Below are positions 63,201-64,000 of a stretch of 64,000 nt of DNA, in pieces. The notes under the pieces are model-generated. The model made no database searches, was not told the DNA's origin, and saw nothing but the letters and a program-made list of their open reading frames with translations. The stretch covers positions 1 through 64,000 of the forward strand of contig CAVSQW010000010.1 of NCBI GenBank assembly GCA_963730185.1. Reading direction: 5' to 3'. How positions within the stretch are numbered: the stretch's first letter is position 1; each line of letters begins with the position of its first letter. This DNA comes from an uncultured Gemmatimonadales bacterium. Its GTDB lineage: Bacteria > Gemmatimonadota > Gemmatimonadetes > Gemmatimonadales > GWC2-71-9. Position numbers and translations under genes: made by a program.

Positions 63201-64000
63201 TCCTCGATTCGCTCCAGCTCGGCGCCGAGGGCCACGAGCCGGGCGTCGATGCGCTCGTAGCCGCGCTCGATCTGCCCCACGTTGTGGATGGTGCTCTGGC
63301 CGTCGGCCGCCAGGGCCGCCAGCAACATGGCCATCCCGGCCCGGATGTCGGGCGACTCGACCACCCCGCCCCGAAGCGGTGACGGCCCCGCGATGACCGC
63401 CCGATGCGGGTCGCAGAGAACGATCCGCGCCCCCATCCCGATCAGTTTGTCCACGAAGTAGAGCCGCGACTCGAACATCTTCTCGAACACCAGCAGCATC
63501 CCGGCGCACTGCGTCGCGGTCACGATCGCGATGGACATCACGTCGGCCGGGAAGGCGGGCCAGGGGCCGTCCTCCAACTTGGGAACGTGGCCCCCGAGAT
63601 CGGGACGGATTCGCCGCTCTTGGTTTCGGTCCACCACCAGCCGGGTTCCTTCGAGCCGGGGGCGAATCCCCAGGCGGTCGAACCCGATCAAGGTGGCGCG
63701 GAGGTCCTCGCCCCGAACCCCGTCGATGGTGAGCTGCCCGTTGGTCACCGCGGCGAGGCCGATGAAGCTCCCGATCTCGATGTGGTCCGGCCCCACCTCG
63801 TGAGTGCAGCCGGAGAGCGGCGTCCCGCCGTGGACCGTGTAGGTATTGGACCCGATGCCGTCGATCTCGGCACCCATCGCGACCAGGCACCGGGCCAGGT
63901 CCTGCACGTGCGGCTCGGCGGCGGCGTTCCGGAGTACGGTCGTGCCCCGGGCGGTGACCGCCGCCATCAGAGCGTTCTCGGTGCCGGTCACGCTCGGCTC
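63197..64000 (-). CDS. murA: UDP-N-acetylglucosamine 1-carboxyvinyltransferase (5' part outside window)
   Basis: [38 protein letters not shown]. Confidence 0.95.
   Translation of the reverse strand, partial: EPSVTGTENALMAAVTARGTTVLRNAAAEPHVQDLARCLVAMGAEIDGIGSNTYTVHGGTPLSGCTHEVGPDHIEIGSFIGLAAVTNGQLTIDGVRGEDLRATLIGFDRLGIRPRLEGTRLVVDRNQERRIRPDLGGHVPKLEDGPWPAFPADVMSIAIVTATQCAGMLLVFEKMFESRLYFVDKLIGMGARIVLCDPHRAVIAGPSPLRGGVVESPDIRAGMAMLLAALAADGQSTIHNVGQIERGYERIDARLVALGAELERIEE

Overview
GC-rich (roughly 70%) bacterial chromosomal window, probably Gemmatimonadota (inferred from gene content and order; the 16S needs a database search). Left to right: (1) the tail of a surface-glycan modification cluster with many frameshifts (1-9.3 kb); (2) a complete minus-strand rRNA operon (16S-23S-5S, no spacer tRNA) with tandem promoters and BoxA sites; (3) sulP, apaG, hmgA-hppD, a MATE transporter, an acyl-CoA synthetase and tRNA-Arg; (4) an accessory module of an orphan MacB-like permease, a multi-TM/GAF histidine kinase, a NarL-type regulator, a TonB-dependent receptor and a stand-alone membrane protein resembling the kinase sensor domain; (5) lutABC, ydcF, tRNA-Pro, a GGDEF-EAL protein, an M14 hydrolase, TetR and a serine hydrolase; (6) a long housekeeping block (rdgB, rph, rfaE2, lptE, lpxH, internally deleted murI, tRNA-Sec, ridA, fhs, tatD, secDF, ribF, truB, rbfA, infB, L7Ae, nusA, pgeF, murA). 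The best leads are the kinase/TonB/sensor-paralogue module with a palindromic operator, the murI lacking its first catalytic motif, a DnaA-box-like cluster inside pgeF, and a rimP leader attenuator with no rimP gene. A frameshift in essential infB shows the assembly contains indel errors, so all pseudogene calls are provisional. No CRISPR array, integrase or transposase was seen.
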